This document shows, piece by piece, positions 36,178 to 47,699 of a DNA stretch of 59,581 nt. Both the position numbers and the translations under genes were made by a program. The stretch spans positions 1-59,581 of the forward strand of contig JAKSKG010000001.1 in assembly GCA_024401805.1 (NCBI GenBank), written 5' to 3'. Position 1 is the first letter of the stretch; the number at the start of each line of letters is the position of its first letter. The DNA comes from Bacteroidales bacterium. Lineage in GTDB: Bacteria; Bacteroidota; Bacteroidia; Bacteroidales; UBA932. Under the pieces are notes generated by a model. The model searched no databases. It was not told the origin of the DNA and saw nothing but the letters and a program-made list of their open reading frames with translations.

Positions 36178-37545
36178 ATGAAAAGAACAACGTTATTCTT
36201 TCTAGCGCTGACAATCTGTGCAACAGCCGTTTACGCTCAGCCGACCGGACCCGTATCCCTAAAAGGATGCCTGGAGTATTCTCTGGACAACAACACCGCC
36301 ATCCAAAAGGACAGGCTGGGGATAGAGTCTGCAAGGCAGTCCAGAAAAGAGGTGATCGGATCCATGCTGCCGCAGATCAACGCCCAGTCATCTTTCACCT
36401 ACAACATCCAGAAGACAACCGTCGCCATGCCCAACTTCATGCAGTCCATGCTGCCGGAATCGATGCGCGACCCCAATGCGGACAAATACATGACCGTGTC
36501 GATGGGAATGGACCTCAGCGCCAACTGGGGAGTATCGCTTACCCAGCAGTTGCTGAACTTCTCTCTGTTCAATGCCATAGCCATAGCCGGCGTGGCCCGG
36601 GATCTTGCCGAGACCGGGGCCGAGGCGGACCGCGACGATATGATTGCCAAGACCTCTACCCTGTTCTACAACGCACAGATACTGCAGTACAGCCTGGGTC
36701 TGTTCGACGAAAGCCTTGCCGTAATGGGCCGCATGTCCGACGTGATGGAGTCCAACCGCAGCACAGGGATAGTCCGGAATGTCGATGCGGACAGGATTGC
36801 CATAACAAAAATGAATCTGGAAACGGAGAAGTCTTCCCTTGAGCAGGCGCTTCAGGTCCAGCTCAATCTGCTCAAACTGCAGATGGGCTTTCCTATGGAT
36901 GAGGAACTCGAAATCGAGCCGGTCGACATAGAGGCTCTGGAAACGATGGTCTTCACGGAGAGTCCCCGCGAGTACGAAATCGAGGAGCAGACTCCTTTCA
37001 GGATGCTCAAATACCAGCAGGCGATGCTGGGGCTTCAGAAGAAGGCCGCCATATCCGAGAGCCTTCCGATGCTGTCTCTGAGCGCCAACTACTCACAGAA
37101 CTATATGGGAGACCATTTCTACGGAGAGACCTACCATCACTTCCCGGTTTCGATGGTCAGCCTCAACCTCAGGGTACCCATCTTCGGCGGCACGTCAAGG
37201 ACAGCCAAAATCAAGAAGGCCGACATCGAACTCAGGAAATCGGCGGAAGATGAAAAGATGCTGTGCCAGAGCCTTGCCATGGGATACAGCAACGCCCGGA
37301 TGCAGATGGACCAGAACCGCAGCACCATCGGCTCCCAGAGGCGCAACAAGGAACTTGCGCAGGAGGTGCTCAGGGTTACGGAAAACAACTACAATCAGGG
37401 ACTTTCCAGCCTTTCGGACCTGTTGAACGCATCATCGTCCCTGATCCAGGCACAAATGAACTATGTCAATGCATTGAGCACCAGTGTCAAGGCATACATC
37501 GACCTTAAGAAAGCGGACGGAAGCATTTCCGATATGATCAGATAA
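36178..37545 (+). CDS. TolC family outer-membrane efflux protein
   Basis: Signal peptide; SLKGCLEYSLDNN, LPQI, LRVPIFGG, YNQGLSSLSDLL. Confidence 0.9.
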   Translation: MKRTTLFFLALTICATAVYAQPTGPVSLKGCLEYSLDNNTAIQKDRLGIESARQSRKEVIGSMLPQINAQSSFTYNIQKTTVAMPNFMQSMLPESMRDPNADKYMTVSMGMDLSANWGVSLTQQLLNFSLFNAIAIAGVARDLAETGAEADRDDMIAKTSTLFYNAQILQYSLGLFDESLAVMGRMSDVMESNRSTGIVRNVDADRIAITKMNLETEKSSLEQALQVQLNLLKLQMGFPMDEELEIEPVDIEALETMVFTESPREYEIEEQTPFRMLKYQQAMLGLQKKAAISESLPMLSLSANYSQNYMGDHFYGETYHHFPVSMVSLNLRVPIFGGTSRTAKIKKADIELRKSAEDEKMLCQSLAMGYSNARMQMDQNRSTIGSQRRNKELAQEVLRVTENNYNQGLSSLSDLLNASSSLIQAQMNYVNALSTSVKAYIDLKKADGSISDMIR

Positions 37546-37575
37546 CAACCAACAGATATTAAAACAAGAACATAT

Positions 37576-38628
37576 ATGAAGAAGATTGTCGTAACAACAG
37601 CAACAATCCTTGTTGTAGCCGGTATGGTATTACTGCTGATAGGCAACAAGAAGAAATCCAGAGAGCAGGCGGACTCTGTCTCGCTTGCATCCGGCACCAC
37701 GATGGTGTCTACAGTTTCCGTCACCTCCGAGGATATGGACAGAAGTTTCAGCGCCAACGGAGTGGCCCAGGCTGTAAACGAGCTGAACTTCGTGTCCGAG
37801 ATTACCGGCCGTGTGGTAAAGGTATTCGTGGACAAAGGCAGCCGGGTTGTAAAGGGAACCCCTCTTCTTAAGATCGATTCCGAACTGCTGGAGGCCGACT
37901 ACAATGCCACTCTGGCATCATACGAGGCTCTTTGCAAGGACGAGAGGCGATTCACCCTCTCTTACGAGGCAGGCGGAGTTTCCAGCCAGCAACTTGACAA
38001 TATCCGCACCCAGTTGGCAGCGGCACAAAGCCGTTTGACGGTAAGCAAATGGAAACTTGACAATGCCGTTGTCAAGGCTCCCATTGCCGGCACCATCAAT
38101 ATGAGATATGTCGAGCCGGGCGCTCTTATAGCTCCCAATGCTCCTCTGTTCGAAATCGTGGATGACAGCCGCATCAAGGTCACCTGCAATCTCCCGGAAT
38201 CCAGGATCGGACTCGTCCATGCAGGAGACAAAGTAGTTGCAAGTTCTTCGGAATCGGAGTCGTTACAGTTTTCCGGGACGGTCAGGAGCGTAGGAATCAA
38301 GACGGACCGGGGGCTTAACTACCCTGTGGAAATTTATCTTGACAAGACGGCCGACCTTCACGCTGGAATGTACCTGAAAGTCAGGTTCCAGCCTCAGGAC
38401 AACCGGAAAGGCATTCTGATTCCGAGGAAAGCAGTCGTAGGAAGCGTGTTGTCCGCCAACGTGTACGTTGCCTCCGACGGGAAGGCTCACAGAAAAGAAG
38501 TTGTACTCGGGGAAATGACGGGAGACCGGATCGAGATTGTGGAAGGCCTCTCGGAAGGAGACCAGGTGATTGTAAGCGGGCTCATGAACATTGCCGACGG
38601 CAGCGCCATTACAGTTATTAACCAGTAA
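37576..38628 (+). CDS. RND efflux periplasmic adaptor (MFP)
   Basis: SEITGRV, VKAPIAG, IPRKAV, GLSEGDQVIVSG. Confidence 0.92.
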   Translation: MKKIVVTTATILVVAGMVLLLIGNKKKSREQADSVSLASGTTMVSTVSVTSEDMDRSFSANGVAQAVNELNFVSEITGRVVKVFVDKGSRVVKGTPLLKIDSELLEADYNATLASYEALCKDERRFTLSYEAGGVSSQQLDNIRTQLAAAQSRLTVSKWKLDNAVVKAPIAGTINMRYVEPGALIAPNAPLFEIVDDSRIKVTCNLPESRIGLVHAGDKVVASSSESESLQFSGTVRSVGIKTDRGLNYPVEIYLDKTADLHAGMYLKVRFQPQDNRKGILIPRKAVVGSVLSANVYVASDGKAHRKEVVLGEMTGDRIEIVEGLSEGDQVIVSGLMNIADGSAITVINQ

Positions 38629-38641
38629 AAACAGCCAGGGA

Positions 38642-41600
38642 ATGAAAATATCTGATTTGTCTATCAAAAGGCCGATCTATGTAATCGTAATGTTCCTTGT
38701 GATCGGCATTCTGGGACTGCTCGGATTCTCGTCAATGAAATCCGAACTCATGCCTAAGTTCTCGCCTCCTTCGATCAACGTGCAGGTGGTATATCCCGGA
38801 GCCTCCCCTTCCGAGGTGGAAAGTTCCCTTACAGTCAAACTGGAGGACGCCCTTTCATCAATGGCGGGGGTGGAGTCGATGCGTTCATACTCGCTCGAGG
38901 GTATGTCGATGGTGTTCGTATCGTTCACCTACGGCACAGACATTGACAAGGCCGTAACCGACGCTCAGAACAAGATCAATTCCAAGAAAGCGGAACTCCC
39001 GTCCGGGATACTTGCCCCGATGGTGAACGAGATAGGCGTAGATGCTAAATCCGTGATTACCCTCGCCCTGAGTTCGGACCTTGACCCTATGGAATTCAGC
39101 GACCTCATTTCGCAGGACATAGTCCCCGAGTTCCAGAGGATTCCAGGAATGGCAAAGGTCGAAACCGTAGGCGAGCATCCAAGGGAAATCCAGGTGAATA
39201 TGGATATGGCCGTAATGCGCGAGCTTGGACTTACTCCTATCCAGGTCCTTGGCGTTCTCAAAGCCGGCAACCTTGATTTCCCTACCGGAAGTCTACAGGA
39301 CGGACGCACCCATACGGCTATCCGTCTTTCCGGGAAACTCAAGGACCTTGACGAGATCCGCTCCCTTGTCCTTATGACTCTCCCCAACGGCACGCAGATA
39401 AGACTGAGCGACATTGCCGACGTTGTTGAAACTTCTGCGGACGTAAACACTCTTGCCAAGGTCAACGGAGAGCAGGCAGTACTTCTGAATATCTTCAAGC
39501 AGGAGAACGCCAACGCCATAGACCTGAGCGACGACGTCCGGGAAACAGTCACCTCGCTTGAAGAAAGATACGCGGACTCCGGTCTGAGCATAAACACGGT
39601 GTCCGACACCTCGGATTTCACGAGAGAATCCATCAAGTCGGTGCTGGAGGACCTCATCCTTGCCATACTGCTTGTGACCCTGGTGATTCTGATTTTCCTT
39701 CACAACTGGCGCAACGCACTGATAGTAATGCTTGTGGTGCCTCTTTCGCTGATAGGGACCTTTATCGGAATGAAGCTTTTCAACTTCACCCTGAACATAA
39801 TGTCACTGCTGGGATTGTCGGTAGTGATAGGTGTGCTGGTGGATGACGCCATCGTAGTCATCGAGAACGTCTGCCGGCATATGGAAATGGGCAAATCCCC
39901 GATTCAGGCCACCCGGGACGCAATGTCCGAGATAGGGTTCACCGTAATATCAGTCACCGTGGTCCTGGTTATCGTTTTCCTTCCGATAGCGCTGACCAAC
40001 AGCCTTGTATCCGATATCCTGAGGCAGTTCTGCGGTGTCATCATATTCTCGATCCTTTTCAGCCTTCTGTCTGCACTTACACTGGTGCCGCTGCTGACTT
40101 CCAGATTCGGCAAGATGGACGTCCTGGACACAAATACAGCTTGGGGCAGAATCATGTCCAAGTTCGAAAAGGGCGTGCGCAACTTCAGTGACGGAGTGGC
40201 CGGTCTTCTGAAGAAAGCTCTCGGCCACAAGAAGATAGTGGGACTTGCCGTGCTGGCAGTCACTGTCCTTGTATGCTCGCTGTTCCCCATGGGGTTCGTT
40301 GGCTTCGAATTCATGCCTAAGGTGGACCAGAGCGAATTCACCGTAATGCTGGAGATGCCTAAGGACATATCGATAGAAGAGTCGGCGATTCAGGTTTCAA
40401 GGGCCGAGGCCTGGCTTCTGGACCGGGACGAAATCACAGAGGTTGTTTCAATGATAGGACTCACCAGCAGCAACAGCGAGAGCAATCAGGGAACTCCTTA
40501 TCTTGCCGAGCTCAAGTGCAAGATGGTTCCGCCATCCGAGCGCGACAAATCCGTTCATTACTACATTTCCGTACTGCGCAAGCAATTGACCGACTACCTT
40601 GTGGATGCGAAGGTGCAGGTTCATGCCGCATCGCTGCACGGGTCGGGCAACGGCGGTGACATAGAGTACGTACTGTCCGGCAGCAAGGCGGATTCAGTCG
40701 CCCTGTTCGGCGAATATGCGCTGGAACAGTTGAGGGGAGTCCCGGGCACATTGCAGCAGCAACTGTCTACCGGAAGCGGAAGGCCCGAGGTGGACATCGT
40801 TGTGGACAGGGACAAGATGTCCGCTCTGGGACTTTCCCTGGACAATGTAGGTCTGACTCTTCAGATGGCATTCCAGGGCAACACGACAATGAAATTCGTG
40901 CGCGATGACCGGGAATACAACATCAACCTGAGGGCGGACAATTTCTACCGCACCAGCATAGACGACGTTGCCGGTATGACCTTTGTGAACCAGCAGGGCA
41001 GCCGTATCACTCTGGACCAGTTCGCCCAGGTTCGCATAGGAACAGGACCTAACCGTCTGGAGCGTTACAACAGGAATCCTTCGGTGACCATAAGCGCCAA
41101 CGTCGTTGGTACCTCAGCAGGCCAGGCATCGTCCGAATTCCTTGACAGGATCAGCGACAAGGCCGGCAGGATGGGAGTAAGCATCGAGACCGTAGGTGAC
41201 ATGAAATCAATGATGGATTCGATGAGCGTGTTTGCCATTGCCATCCTTCTGTCGATAGCTCTTATGTATCTCGCCCTGGTTTTGCTGTACAACAACTGGA
41301 CAGATCCTCTTGTCGTGATGTTCTCCATCCCGTTCTCGATACTCGGAGCCATACTGGCGCTTGCGCTGTCCGCCACTTCGCTCAACATTTATGCAATGCT
41401 CGGCCTGGTGATGCTCATAGGACTTGTCGCAAAGAACGCAATCCTGCTCGTGGACTTTGCCGGAGAAAGGCTGAGAGAGGGAATGGATATGGACGACGCC
41501 CTAATAGAGGCAGTGAAACTGCGTACCAGACCTATTCTTATGACGGCCATCTCGACCATAATAGGAATGGTTCCGGTAGCCTTGGCATCAGGTTCAAGCG

Positions 41601-41719
41601 CAGAGCTGCGCAACGGCATTGGCTGGGTAATCATCGGAGGAATGGCACTGTCCACCCTGCTTACTCTGATTGTAGTTCCTGTGGTTTACAAGGTTTTTCA
41701 CAGGAAAAAAGCAAAATAA
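38642..41719 (+). CDS. RND efflux permease (AcrB-like)
   Basis: YPGASPSEVE, GVLVDDAIVVIEN, AKNAILLVD, RTRPILMT. Confidence 0.95.
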   Translation: MKISDLSIKRPIYVIVMFLVIGILGLLGFSSMKSELMPKFSPPSINVQVVYPGASPSEVESSLTVKLEDALSSMAGVESMRSYSLEGMSMVFVSFTYGTDIDKAVTDAQNKINSKKAELPSGILAPMVNEIGVDAKSVITLALSSDLDPMEFSDLISQDIVPEFQRIPGMAKVETVGEHPREIQVNMDMAVMRELGLTPIQVLGVLKAGNLDFPTGSLQDGRTHTAIRLSGKLKDLDEIRSLVLMTLPNGTQIRLSDIADVVETSADVNTLAKVNGEQAVLLNIFKQENANAIDLSDDVRETVTSLEERYADSGLSINTVSDTSDFTRESIKSVLEDLILAILLVTLVILIFLHNWRNALIVMLVVPLSLIGTFIGMKLFNFTLNIMSLLGLSVVIGVLVDDAIVVIENVCRHMEMGKSPIQATRDAMSEIGFTVISVTVVLVIVFLPIALTNSLVSDILRQFCGVIIFSILFSLLSALTLVPLLTSRFGKMDVLDTNTAWGRIMSKFEKGVRNFSDGVAGLLKKALGHKKIVGLAVLAVTVLVCSLFPMGFVGFEFMPKVDQSEFTVMLEMPKDISIEESAIQVSRAEAWLLDRDEITEVVSMIGLTSSNSESNQGTPYLAELKCKMVPPSERDKSVHYYISVLRKQLTDYLVDAKVQVHAASLHGSGNGGDIEYVLSGSKADSVALFGEYALEQLRGVPGTLQQQLSTGSGRPEVDIVVDRDKMSALGLSLDNVGLTLQMAFQGNTTMKFVRDDREYNINLRADNFYRTSIDDVAGMTFVNQQGSRITLDQFAQVRIGTGPNRLERYNRNPSVTISANVVGTSAGQASSEFLDRISDKAGRMGVSIETVGDMKSMMDSMSVFAIAILLSIALMYLALVLLYNNWTDPLVVMFSIPFSILGAILALALSATSLNIYAMLGLVMLIGLVAKNAILLVDFAGERLREGMDMDDALIEAVKLRTRPILMTAISTIIGMVPVALASGSSAELRNGIGWVIIGGMALSTLLTLIVVPVVYKVFHRKKAK

Positions 41720-41735
41720 TGATATCTTTGCCCTT

Positions 41736-42347
41736 ATGACAAAAGAAGAGGAAATACTCAAGGCGGCCGAAGAAGAATTCTTCAGCAACGGGTATGACGC
41801 CACGTCTACTGCCAACATAGCACAGCGCGCCGGCGTCACCCACGCCATGGTGAACTATTATTTCAGGACCAAGGAGAAGCTCTTCATCCGCATACTGGAT
41901 GACCACGTATATGAGCTTCTCCACAGCCTGAAGCCTGTAATGCAGGCCGACGGCAATGTCATCAGGGTTGCCACGGATGCCGCCGGCATCATATTCGACA
42001 AGCTGAACCAGGACCGCAGGTTCCCGTTCCTGTTGAGTGACATATCCAGGAATCACCCGGATTTTCTTCTCCGGTACAAGGAAACGTTCGACACCGTATG
42101 CAAGGATAGTCTTGAAATGCACAGACTGCGTCTGGAGAAATGCATAAGGAATGCCCAGGCACGCGAATGTACGATGAACGACATATACAATACCGTTCTG
42201 ACTCTGGCGACATCCCCTTTCCTGAACATTCCGGTGCTCTGCAATGTCTGCGGTATGGACGACAGCGCGATAGACGAATACCTCAACGCCCGCAGGAGAG
42301 AAATGATTCTCATCCTGCAGGCGCGGTATTCCGTAAACGACAAGTAA
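41736..42347 (+). CDS. TetR/AcrR family regulator
   Basis: ILKAAEEEF..GY..TST..IA.RAGV...VNYYF.TKEKLF. Confidence 0.92.
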   Translation: MTKEEEILKAAEEEFFSNGYDATSTANIAQRAGVTHAMVNYYFRTKEKLFIRILDDHVYELLHSLKPVMQADGNVIRVATDAAGIIFDKLNQDRRFPFLLSDISRNHPDFLLRYKETFDTVCKDSLEMHRLRLEKCIRNAQARECTMNDIYNTVLTLATSPFLNIPVLCNVCGMDDSAIDEYLNARRREMILILQARYSVNDK

Positions 42348-42349
42348 GT

Positions 42350-43339
42350 CTATTCCTTCTCCCCGGATTCCTTGAACTTCGCGTATGCACGCATATAGGT
42401 CATCCTAGGGATTGCAGGCATTCCGATCAGGACCTCTCCGCTCTTGCGGACATTGCCTATCACTCCGGCCTGGGCTCCGATGGTAGTATTGTCCGCCACC
42501 TTGATATGACCCACTATGCCCACCTGGCCGGCAATCACGCAATTTCTGCCTATGACAGCCGATCCAGCTATTCCGGTAAGGGCGGCTATGACGGTATTGT
42601 CACCTATCTGTACATTGTGCGCTATCTGGCACAGGTTGTCTATCCGGACTCCGTTTCCTATTATTGTTGATTCCATAGGAGCCTTGTCAACCGTAGTATT
42701 TGAGCCTATCTCGACATCGTTGCCAATAACTACGTTTCCGATATGCTCGATCTTCTTCCAGGTGCCGTCACTCTGAGGGGCATTCCCGAATCCGTCGTCG
42801 CCAATCACGCACCCCGAATGCAGGATGGTCCTGTCACCGATCACAGAGTTCGGAAAAATCCTGACGCCAGGATAAATGATGCATTTCTCGCCTATCCTTA
42901 CGTTGTCCCCTATTGATACATTGTCGCAGATACGGGTCTTCTCCCCTATTACGGTCTTGTGGCCTATCGTCACATAATCCCCGACCCAGACCTTGGAGCC
43001 CAGTCTGGCACTGCACTTTATCCGGCAGCGTCCGCGATGGCGGCGGTATGCCTTGCGCTGGTCCGCCACATACTGGAGCAGCTGGGCAAGCGCGCTGTAA
43101 GCATCATCCACCCTGACAAGGGTAGGTTCCAGAGGCTGCTTGGGCTGGAAGTCACGGTTCACGAGCAAAACCGACGACTTGCTCGTATAGACATACTGCT
43201 CGTACTTGGGATTCGCATAGAAACTGAGCGCCCCGCTCTTGCCGTGCTCTATCTTTGCGAAAGTGGTCACGGTTACATCATTGTCTCCCTCTACTGTTCC
43301 GCCGAGCACATCGGCAAGTTCTTTTGCGGTAAGTTTCAT
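42350..43339 (-). CDS. lpxD: UDP-3-O-(3-hydroxymyristoyl)glucosamine N-acyltransferase
   Basis: Hexapeptide repeats, GDDGFG, IDNLCQIAHNV. Confidence 0.95.
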   Translation of the reverse strand: MKLTAKELADVLGGTVEGDNDVTVTTFAKIEHGKSGALSFYANPKYEQYVYTSKSSVLLVNRDFQPKQPLEPTLVRVDDAYSALAQLLQYVADQRKAYRRHRGRCRIKCSARLGSKVWVGDYVTIGHKTVIGEKTRICDNVSIGDNVRIGEKCIIYPGVRIFPNSVIGDRTILHSGCVIGDDGFGNAPQSDGTWKKIEHIGNVVIGNDVEIGSNTTVDKAPMESTIIGNGVRIDNLCQIAHNVQIGDNTVIAALTGIAGSAVIGRNCVIAGQVGIVGHIKVADNTTIGAQAGVIGNVRKSGEVLIGMPAIPRMTYMRAYAKFKESGEKE

Positions 43340-43351
43340 CTGTTCAATCGC

Positions 43352-45109
43352 TTAAAATCTCCAACCAAGGGTCAGTGCCACATCAATCATCCTGCGGGTG
43401 TTCTTTACAAGGGCAGATGCGGTATATGTATTGCCTCCATCAAAGGACTGGTATACAGGATACGGCTGGTAATAAGCCGCTCTCTGATAGCTCCCTCTTA
43501 CTGCAGCATCGGCAAAGAAGGAACCCGATGACGACCATCCGAGTCCGCAGGACCAGGACATTGAAGGCAGTTTCATCGAGTACTTCCTGTCGAACGGATT
43601 CAAACCCGTATCATATCGCTGCCAGTTTGCATCGAAGACATCCGCATCTATCAGGGAGCCGTCGACGTCTTCGTAATACTTCAGAGGTGAAGTTGTGAAG
43701 TTATATCCCGCCCTTGCAGAAAGTGCGGAAGTAATCTTGTATTCGGCTCCTATCCTGAGTGCGTGGGACGCTCCGCAGAACAGGCTGTTCAAACGGTTGA
43801 CTTGCGTGAAAGGATCGTCCTCGCCGAGAGCGAGTTCCTCGTAGGTGCTGTATTTCATTGCGGAATAATCGGCGAATTCATAATCGGCGCTGATGAATCC
43901 CCTGTCAAGGACGGTCACGGCAACTCCCAGATCTATTATCCCCGGAGTGCGGAGATTGTATCTGTTGTTCCATTCCGGAACGTCGGAAGCCTGGTGCCGG
44001 ACATCCGAAATCATAGTGGAAGCAGCCATGGTCCAGCCCTCGTCTACGGTAAGCAGCGTAGGAGTCTGGAGCGACAGGCCCAGCCGGACATTGTCCGTAG
44101 GAAGATATATTATTCCTATCTTTCCGTATATTCCCTCGGCATCTGCCCAATAATCGTAAGTATAGTCGGCAGTCTGGAAGTAGCAGTTCTTCACAGTTCC
44201 GTCACTGTTCACTATGGATATAGGGAACTGCTCCGGATCATCGGCATCCTCACCGAAGAATTCGGTGTTGGAATAGCTGAACATAGGAAGTCCCAGATTG
44301 AGACCCACGAACAGCTTGTCATCCACGTTGGCTGCCAAATTCAGAACAAGATCGTGCTTGCTGCCGTAATTCTGGACAATGGCCTTCTGCCTCAACAGAC
44401 CGGAGTTCCTGAACGACGACGCGTCGTCCCCTGTAAGCCCGGACTGGGTGACGGCGATATAGCCCTTGTCCCCGAACGGATTGATCATATATGAGTCATA
44501 CGCCGCAACAACGTCACGGTTATAGTAACTGTACGGATTGTAATCCTGGTCAAACACGTCAAACGGCAGGCCCGACCAGTCTGCAGCAGCTGCGAAGTAT
44601 CCGAGCATGGACGTATTCTCGTTGATTCCCGATGCCGTGAACCTGTTAAGATACTGACTTGTATTCGAAGACAGAAGGGCGAAGCTGATACTGCGCACGC
44701 CGGAACTGTTACCGGTATCATAGGAAAGGGATACTCCTATGTCCGGCAAAGTCATCTTGGAATATCTGTCGGTGCTCTCCGGGCCGAAGTTGTCCGCCTG
44801 GTATTTGTAGCGGCCTCCATTGGTGAGAATGGTGAAGTTGCTCTGGGAGAATGCCGAAGTGTTGGATGAAATGCTGTACCCCGGGGTGACCGCGAACTGC
44901 GAGTACCTTGCGACAGCGGAGCCTGCAGGATTGAGCCCTATCGAGCCCAGGTCTCCTCCAAGAGCCGTCATGGCATTGCCGAGAGCCATCGAACGGGCCG
45001 TCCCGTAATAGTTGTTCTGGCTGAAGGTGAGCGCATCCGTCATAGTCTGCGCCATTGCAGCCGTTCCGGCGACTGCCACCGCCAAAGATATTGTGATGAA
45101 TCTTTTCAT
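43352..45109 (-). CDS. FadL/TodX-like outer-membrane transporter
   Basis: GTARSMALGNAMTALGGD...NPAG plug motif; terminal LGWRF. Confidence 0.82.
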   Translation of the reverse strand: MKRFITISLAVAVAGTAAMAQTMTDALTFSQNNYYGTARSMALGNAMTALGGDLGSIGLNPAGSAVARYSQFAVTPGYSISSNTSAFSQSNFTILTNGGRYKYQADNFGPESTDRYSKMTLPDIGVSLSYDTGNSSGVRSISFALLSSNTSQYLNRFTASGINENTSMLGYFAAAADWSGLPFDVFDQDYNPYSYYNRDVVAAYDSYMINPFGDKGYIAVTQSGLTGDDASSFRNSGLLRQKAIVQNYGSKHDLVLNLAANVDDKLFVGLNLGLPMFSYSNTEFFGEDADDPEQFPISIVNSDGTVKNCYFQTADYTYDYWADAEGIYGKIGIIYLPTDNVRLGLSLQTPTLLTVDEGWTMAASTMISDVRHQASDVPEWNNRYNLRTPGIIDLGVAVTVLDRGFISADYEFADYSAMKYSTYEELALGEDDPFTQVNRLNSLFCGASHALRIGAEYKITSALSARAGYNFTTSPLKYYEDVDGSLIDADVFDANWQRYDTGLNPFDRKYSMKLPSMSWSCGLGWSSSGSFFADAAVRGSYQRAAYYQPYPVYQSFDGGNTYTASALVKNTRRMIDVALTLGWRF

Positions 45110-45129
45110 ACTTTCCAGATGTTAAAGTT

Positions 45130-46116
45130 TTACCTTCTTCCGCTGCTGTGACCACCGCCGCCATTGCCGCCACTGTGGGAACCGCCGCCGAAGCTGCCGC
45201 CTCCGCCGTATGATGAGCCTCCGCCGTATGATGAAGAAGAGCTCCTTGATGATGAACTGCTGCGTGAAGACCCGCTGTCAAAGTTCCCATATCCTCTTGC
45301 AGGTGAAGGACTTGATGAACGAGTAGTCGTTGACGTAGCGCTGTTGCCCGAGCCGCTGACCCTGACGGTCGGACGGCTTGACGAAGCTCCCGCAGTGCCT
45401 GAGCCTATGACAAGGCGTGAGGCCGACCCGGAGCCGGACAATGTGTTGCGTCCCGAGCCGCTGAGTCCGGAACCGCCCACTGAAGTGCTCCTTGATGGTC
45501 CCACCCCGTTGGAGAAGCCGATCGTCCTTGAAGAATTGTATGCATTGCGGTTCTGACGTATTACCGTACGGTCGGACCAATATACCGGATAATAGCCCGG
45601 ATAGAATCCGTGATGATAGCCCGGGTAATAACCCGGATAATAGCCGAATCCCCAGTATCCGTGATACCAGGAGTGTCCCCAATAACCGTAAGGATACCAG
45701 AACGGATCGTACCAGAACGGATCGTAGAAATATGGATCAAACCAGAAAGGGCTGCCCCAGTACCAGTCATTCCAATGCCAGCGGTTCCAGTACCAGGCGC
45801 TGTTGTACCATCCGAGTCCGAAGCTCCAAGGATAGTAGAATCCGTAGTGCCAAGGATCTATGACGTTGACAGTGATATTGTTGCCCTCGAGCAGGAATTC
45901 CTTGGCCGAGTCCTTCTGGATCTGCTGGAGTTCACGAGAGATATTCTGGGCTGCCAGTTCCTGGAAGTCCTCCTGGGAAAGGATTGGAACAGTCTCAGAG
46001 TAAGGCTTATAGTAGATACCGTCCTGGAACATCTGCGGCTGTGACAGAAAAGCTGCAGACCCGCAGGATGTCAGAAGCAAAAGCGCCGGCAATAAAAGTG
46101 AGAAGCCGTGTTTCAT
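45130..46116 (-). CDS. Lipoprotein with W/Y/P/G-rich low-complexity core and Gly/Ser-rich tail
   Basis: Lipobox LTSC, DGIYY, YDPFW repeats, C-terminal GGG...GRR. Confidence 0.75.
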   Translation of the reverse strand: MKHGFSLLLPALLLLTSCGSAAFLSQPQMFQDGIYYKPYSETVPILSQEDFQELAAQNISRELQQIQKDSAKEFLLEGNNITVNVIDPWHYGFYYPWSFGLGWYNSAWYWNRWHWNDWYWGSPFWFDPYFYDPFWYDPFWYPYGYWGHSWYHGYWGFGYYPGYYPGYHHGFYPGYYPVYWSDRTVIRQNRNAYNSSRTIGFSNGVGPSRSTSVGGSGLSGSGRNTLSGSGSASRLVIGSGTAGASSSRPTVRVSGSGNSATSTTTRSSSPSPARGYGNFDSGSSRSSSSSRSSSSSYGGGSSYGGGGSFGGGSHSGGNGGGGHSSGRR

Positions 46117-46214
46117 ATTTTTACCTCCTATAAAATAAATGTTGTATCTTTGTACACGCAAAAGGCGTGCCTAATGCAAATTTCGTCATTTTCAGACAAA
46201 TATTCAAAAAAGTT

Positions 46215-47693
46215 ATGGCAAAAGAAGTAACAAGCCGTTCAGAAAATTATTCACAGTGGTACAATGATCTGGCACTGAAGGCAGATCTTGCAGAACAGTC
46301 AGCGGTTCGCGGATGTATGGTAATCAAGCCTTACGGATACGCAATCTGGGAAAAGATGCAATCCGTACTTGACAGCGAGTTCAAGAAAACAGGCGTTCAA
46401 AACGCATATTTCCCTCTGTTCATTCCTAAATCGTTCTTCAGCCGCGAGGCCGAGCACGTTGCCGGATTCGCAAAGGAATGTGCCGTCGTCACCCATCACA
46501 GGCTTATGAACGACCCTGACGGAAACGGCGTAGTCGTTGATCCGGAAGCCAGGCTCGAAGAGGAGCTTATAGTCAGGCCTACTTCCGAAACCATAATCTG
46601 GAACACCTACAAGAACTGGATAACATCCTGGAGAGACCTTCCTATTCTCTGCAACCAGTGGTGCAACGTGGTACGCTGGGAGATGCGCACACGTCTGTTC
46701 CTCAGAACGGCCGAGTTCCTGTGGCAGGAAGGCCACACCGCCCACGCCACCGCAGAGGAAGCCGAGGCCAAGGCCAACGAGATGGTCAAGGTATACGCGG
46801 ACTTCGCCCGCAACGTAATGGCTCTGCCTGTAATCGTGGGACACAAGAGCCCCAACGAAAGGTTCGCCGGAGCCATAGATACCCTCACCATCGAGGCGAT
46901 GATGCAGGACGGCAAGGCCCTGCAGGCAGGAACTTCCCATTTCCTCGGGCAGAACTTTGCCAAGTCATTCGACGTGACCTTCACCAACAAGGAAGGGAAA
47001 CAGGAATACGTATGGGCAACGTCCTGGGGTGTCAGCACCCGCCTTATGGGCGCTCTGATAATGGCCCACGGAGACGACAACGGACTTGTACTGCCTCCGA
47101 AACTGGCTCCGATCCAGGTGGTGATGGTTCCTATCTTCAAGACGGACGATGAGCACGACGCAATCATAGCAAAGTTCGGCGCAATCAAGGCAGCCCTGGA
47201 GGCAAAGGGAGTCAGCGTCAAGATTGACGACCGAGACACCCTCCGCCCTGGATTCAAGTTCGCGGAATGGGAGCTCAAGGGTGTTCCCGTACGACTTGCC
47301 ATGGGCGGTCGCGACCTTGCTGCCGGAACCGTGGAGGTAGCACGCCGCGACACTCTGGAGAAGAGCACCGAAAATACGGAAGGCATCGACGCTTACATAG
47401 TCGAGTTGTTGGAAAAGATTCAGCAGAACATATATGACAAGGCTCTCGCGCATCGCGAAGCCAACGTCGAGAAATGCGACAACTGGGAAGAATTCAAAGA
47501 AAAGATCCAGACCGGGAAATTCCTTCTCTGCCATTGGGACGGAACCACCGAGACCGAGCAGGCCATCAAAGACGCTACAAAGGCAACGATCAGGTGCATC
47601 CCTGTCGACAGTTATGTTTGCGAAGAGGAGGGCAAGTGCATATTCACCGGCAAGCCTTCCCACCGCAGGGTCGTATTCGCAATATCATACTAG
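46215..47693 (+). CDS. proS: Proline--tRNA ligase (eukaryote/archaeal type)
   Basis: [31 protein letters not shown], terminal Y. Confidence 0.97.
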   Translation: MAKEVTSRSENYSQWYNDLALKADLAEQSAVRGCMVIKPYGYAIWEKMQSVLDSEFKKTGVQNAYFPLFIPKSFFSREAEHVAGFAKECAVVTHHRLMNDPDGNGVVVDPEARLEEELIVRPTSETIIWNTYKNWITSWRDLPILCNQWCNVVRWEMRTRLFLRTAEFLWQEGHTAHATAEEAEAKANEMVKVYADFARNVMALPVIVGHKSPNERFAGAIDTLTIEAMMQDGKALQAGTSHFLGQNFAKSFDVTFTNKEGKQEYVWATSWGVSTRLMGALIMAHGDDNGLVLPPKLAPIQVVMVPIFKTDDEHDAIIAKFGAIKAALEAKGVSVKIDDRDTLRPGFKFAEWELKGVPVRLAMGGRDLAAGTVEVARRDTLEKSTENTEGIDAYIVELLEKIQQNIYDKALAHREANVEKCDNWEEFKEKIQTGKFLLCHWDGTTETEQAIKDATKATIRCIPVDSYVCEEEGKCIFTGKPSHRRVVFAISY

Positions 47694-47699
47694 AGATTT

